A DNA stretch of 64,000 nt. Source: Azolla caroliniana. Lineage: Eukaryota; Plantae; Polypodiophyta. The notes under the pieces were generated by a model. That model was not told the DNA's origin, did no database searches, and saw nothing but the letters and a program-made list of their open reading frames with translations. The first letter of the stretch is position 1. The number at the start of each line of letters is the position of its first letter. The stretch lies in the NCBI GenBank assembly GCA_043228905.1, contig JBHGNT010000013.1, positions 8,494,001-8,558,000 of the forward strand, written 5' to 3'. A program made the translations under genes and the position numbers. This document shows, one piece after another, positions 63,601 through 64,000 of the stretch.

Positions 63601-64000
63601 GGGGGAAAGTGTCATGATATGGCAAGACTCCAACCCATGACCTTATGTTATATAGGTCAAGCTCTTGACCATTACACTATCTATTGTAATACATAAAATA
63701 TTATTGTCATTTAAGTTTTAATATAGAAAATTAATGTATATTCCAGATTTCTCTGGAACATTTTAGAAGCTTCATGACTACACCTGAGAACACTATAAAA
63801 GGAGGCACAAGGCATTATTTCGAACCAAATTGGTTCAACGCCAGTCTTAAGCCTCATAGCTATATTGTATTTACTCTTCACATAATATATCATCTGTTAT
63901 CATCACTCTCTCTCAATCTTTCTCGCCCTCGCTATCTCTCTCTCTCTCTCTTCTTTTCTCTCTTCCTCTCTCGTGAGTCTTACATAGTCAGTCCTCTTAG

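Larger units (their letters stand above)
23407..64000 (+). mobile_element. Chromovirus (Tcn1/Tf1-like Ty3/gypsy) fragmented by nested insertions; 3' LTR starts at 63610 and runs off the window
   Basis: 5' LTR pieces 23407-~23643 and 39323-39435 match 63610-64000. Gag/RT 39508-40308, RT 55611-55886, RT-RH-INT-chromodomain 61192-63600. PPT GGGGGAAAG at 63601. Confidence 0.9.

Overview
Plant genomic DNA, probably from a non-seed plant such as a fern (inference from the element types; not provable here). The first ~3.5 kb holds a 4-exon minus-strand host gene for a SLOW GREEN 1-like chloroplast TPR protein. The other ~60 kb is a deeply nested LTR-retrotransposon cluster. It contains Tork/Tnt1-like Ty1/copia copies (three complete with TSDs, plus solo LTRs and truncated copies), at least three other copia families, and a self-priming chromovirus split over >40 kb by later insertions. 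It also contains two complete, diverged non-chromovirus Ty3/gypsy elements (24410-33803 +, 40309-55610 -), each with a large extra ORF. Main finding: neither of these two gypsy elements has a polypurine tract next to the 3' LTR. Each instead has a 40-nt tRNA-Arg-3'-half-like motif (GTGGrTTCG-hairpin-CCCAC-GGrCGTG-CCA) with a covarying hairpin, ending 2 nt before the LTR TG. This suggests a plus-strand priming mechanism that uses a tRNA or tRNA mimic, which I do not know to be described. All boundaries and alignments were read by eye.
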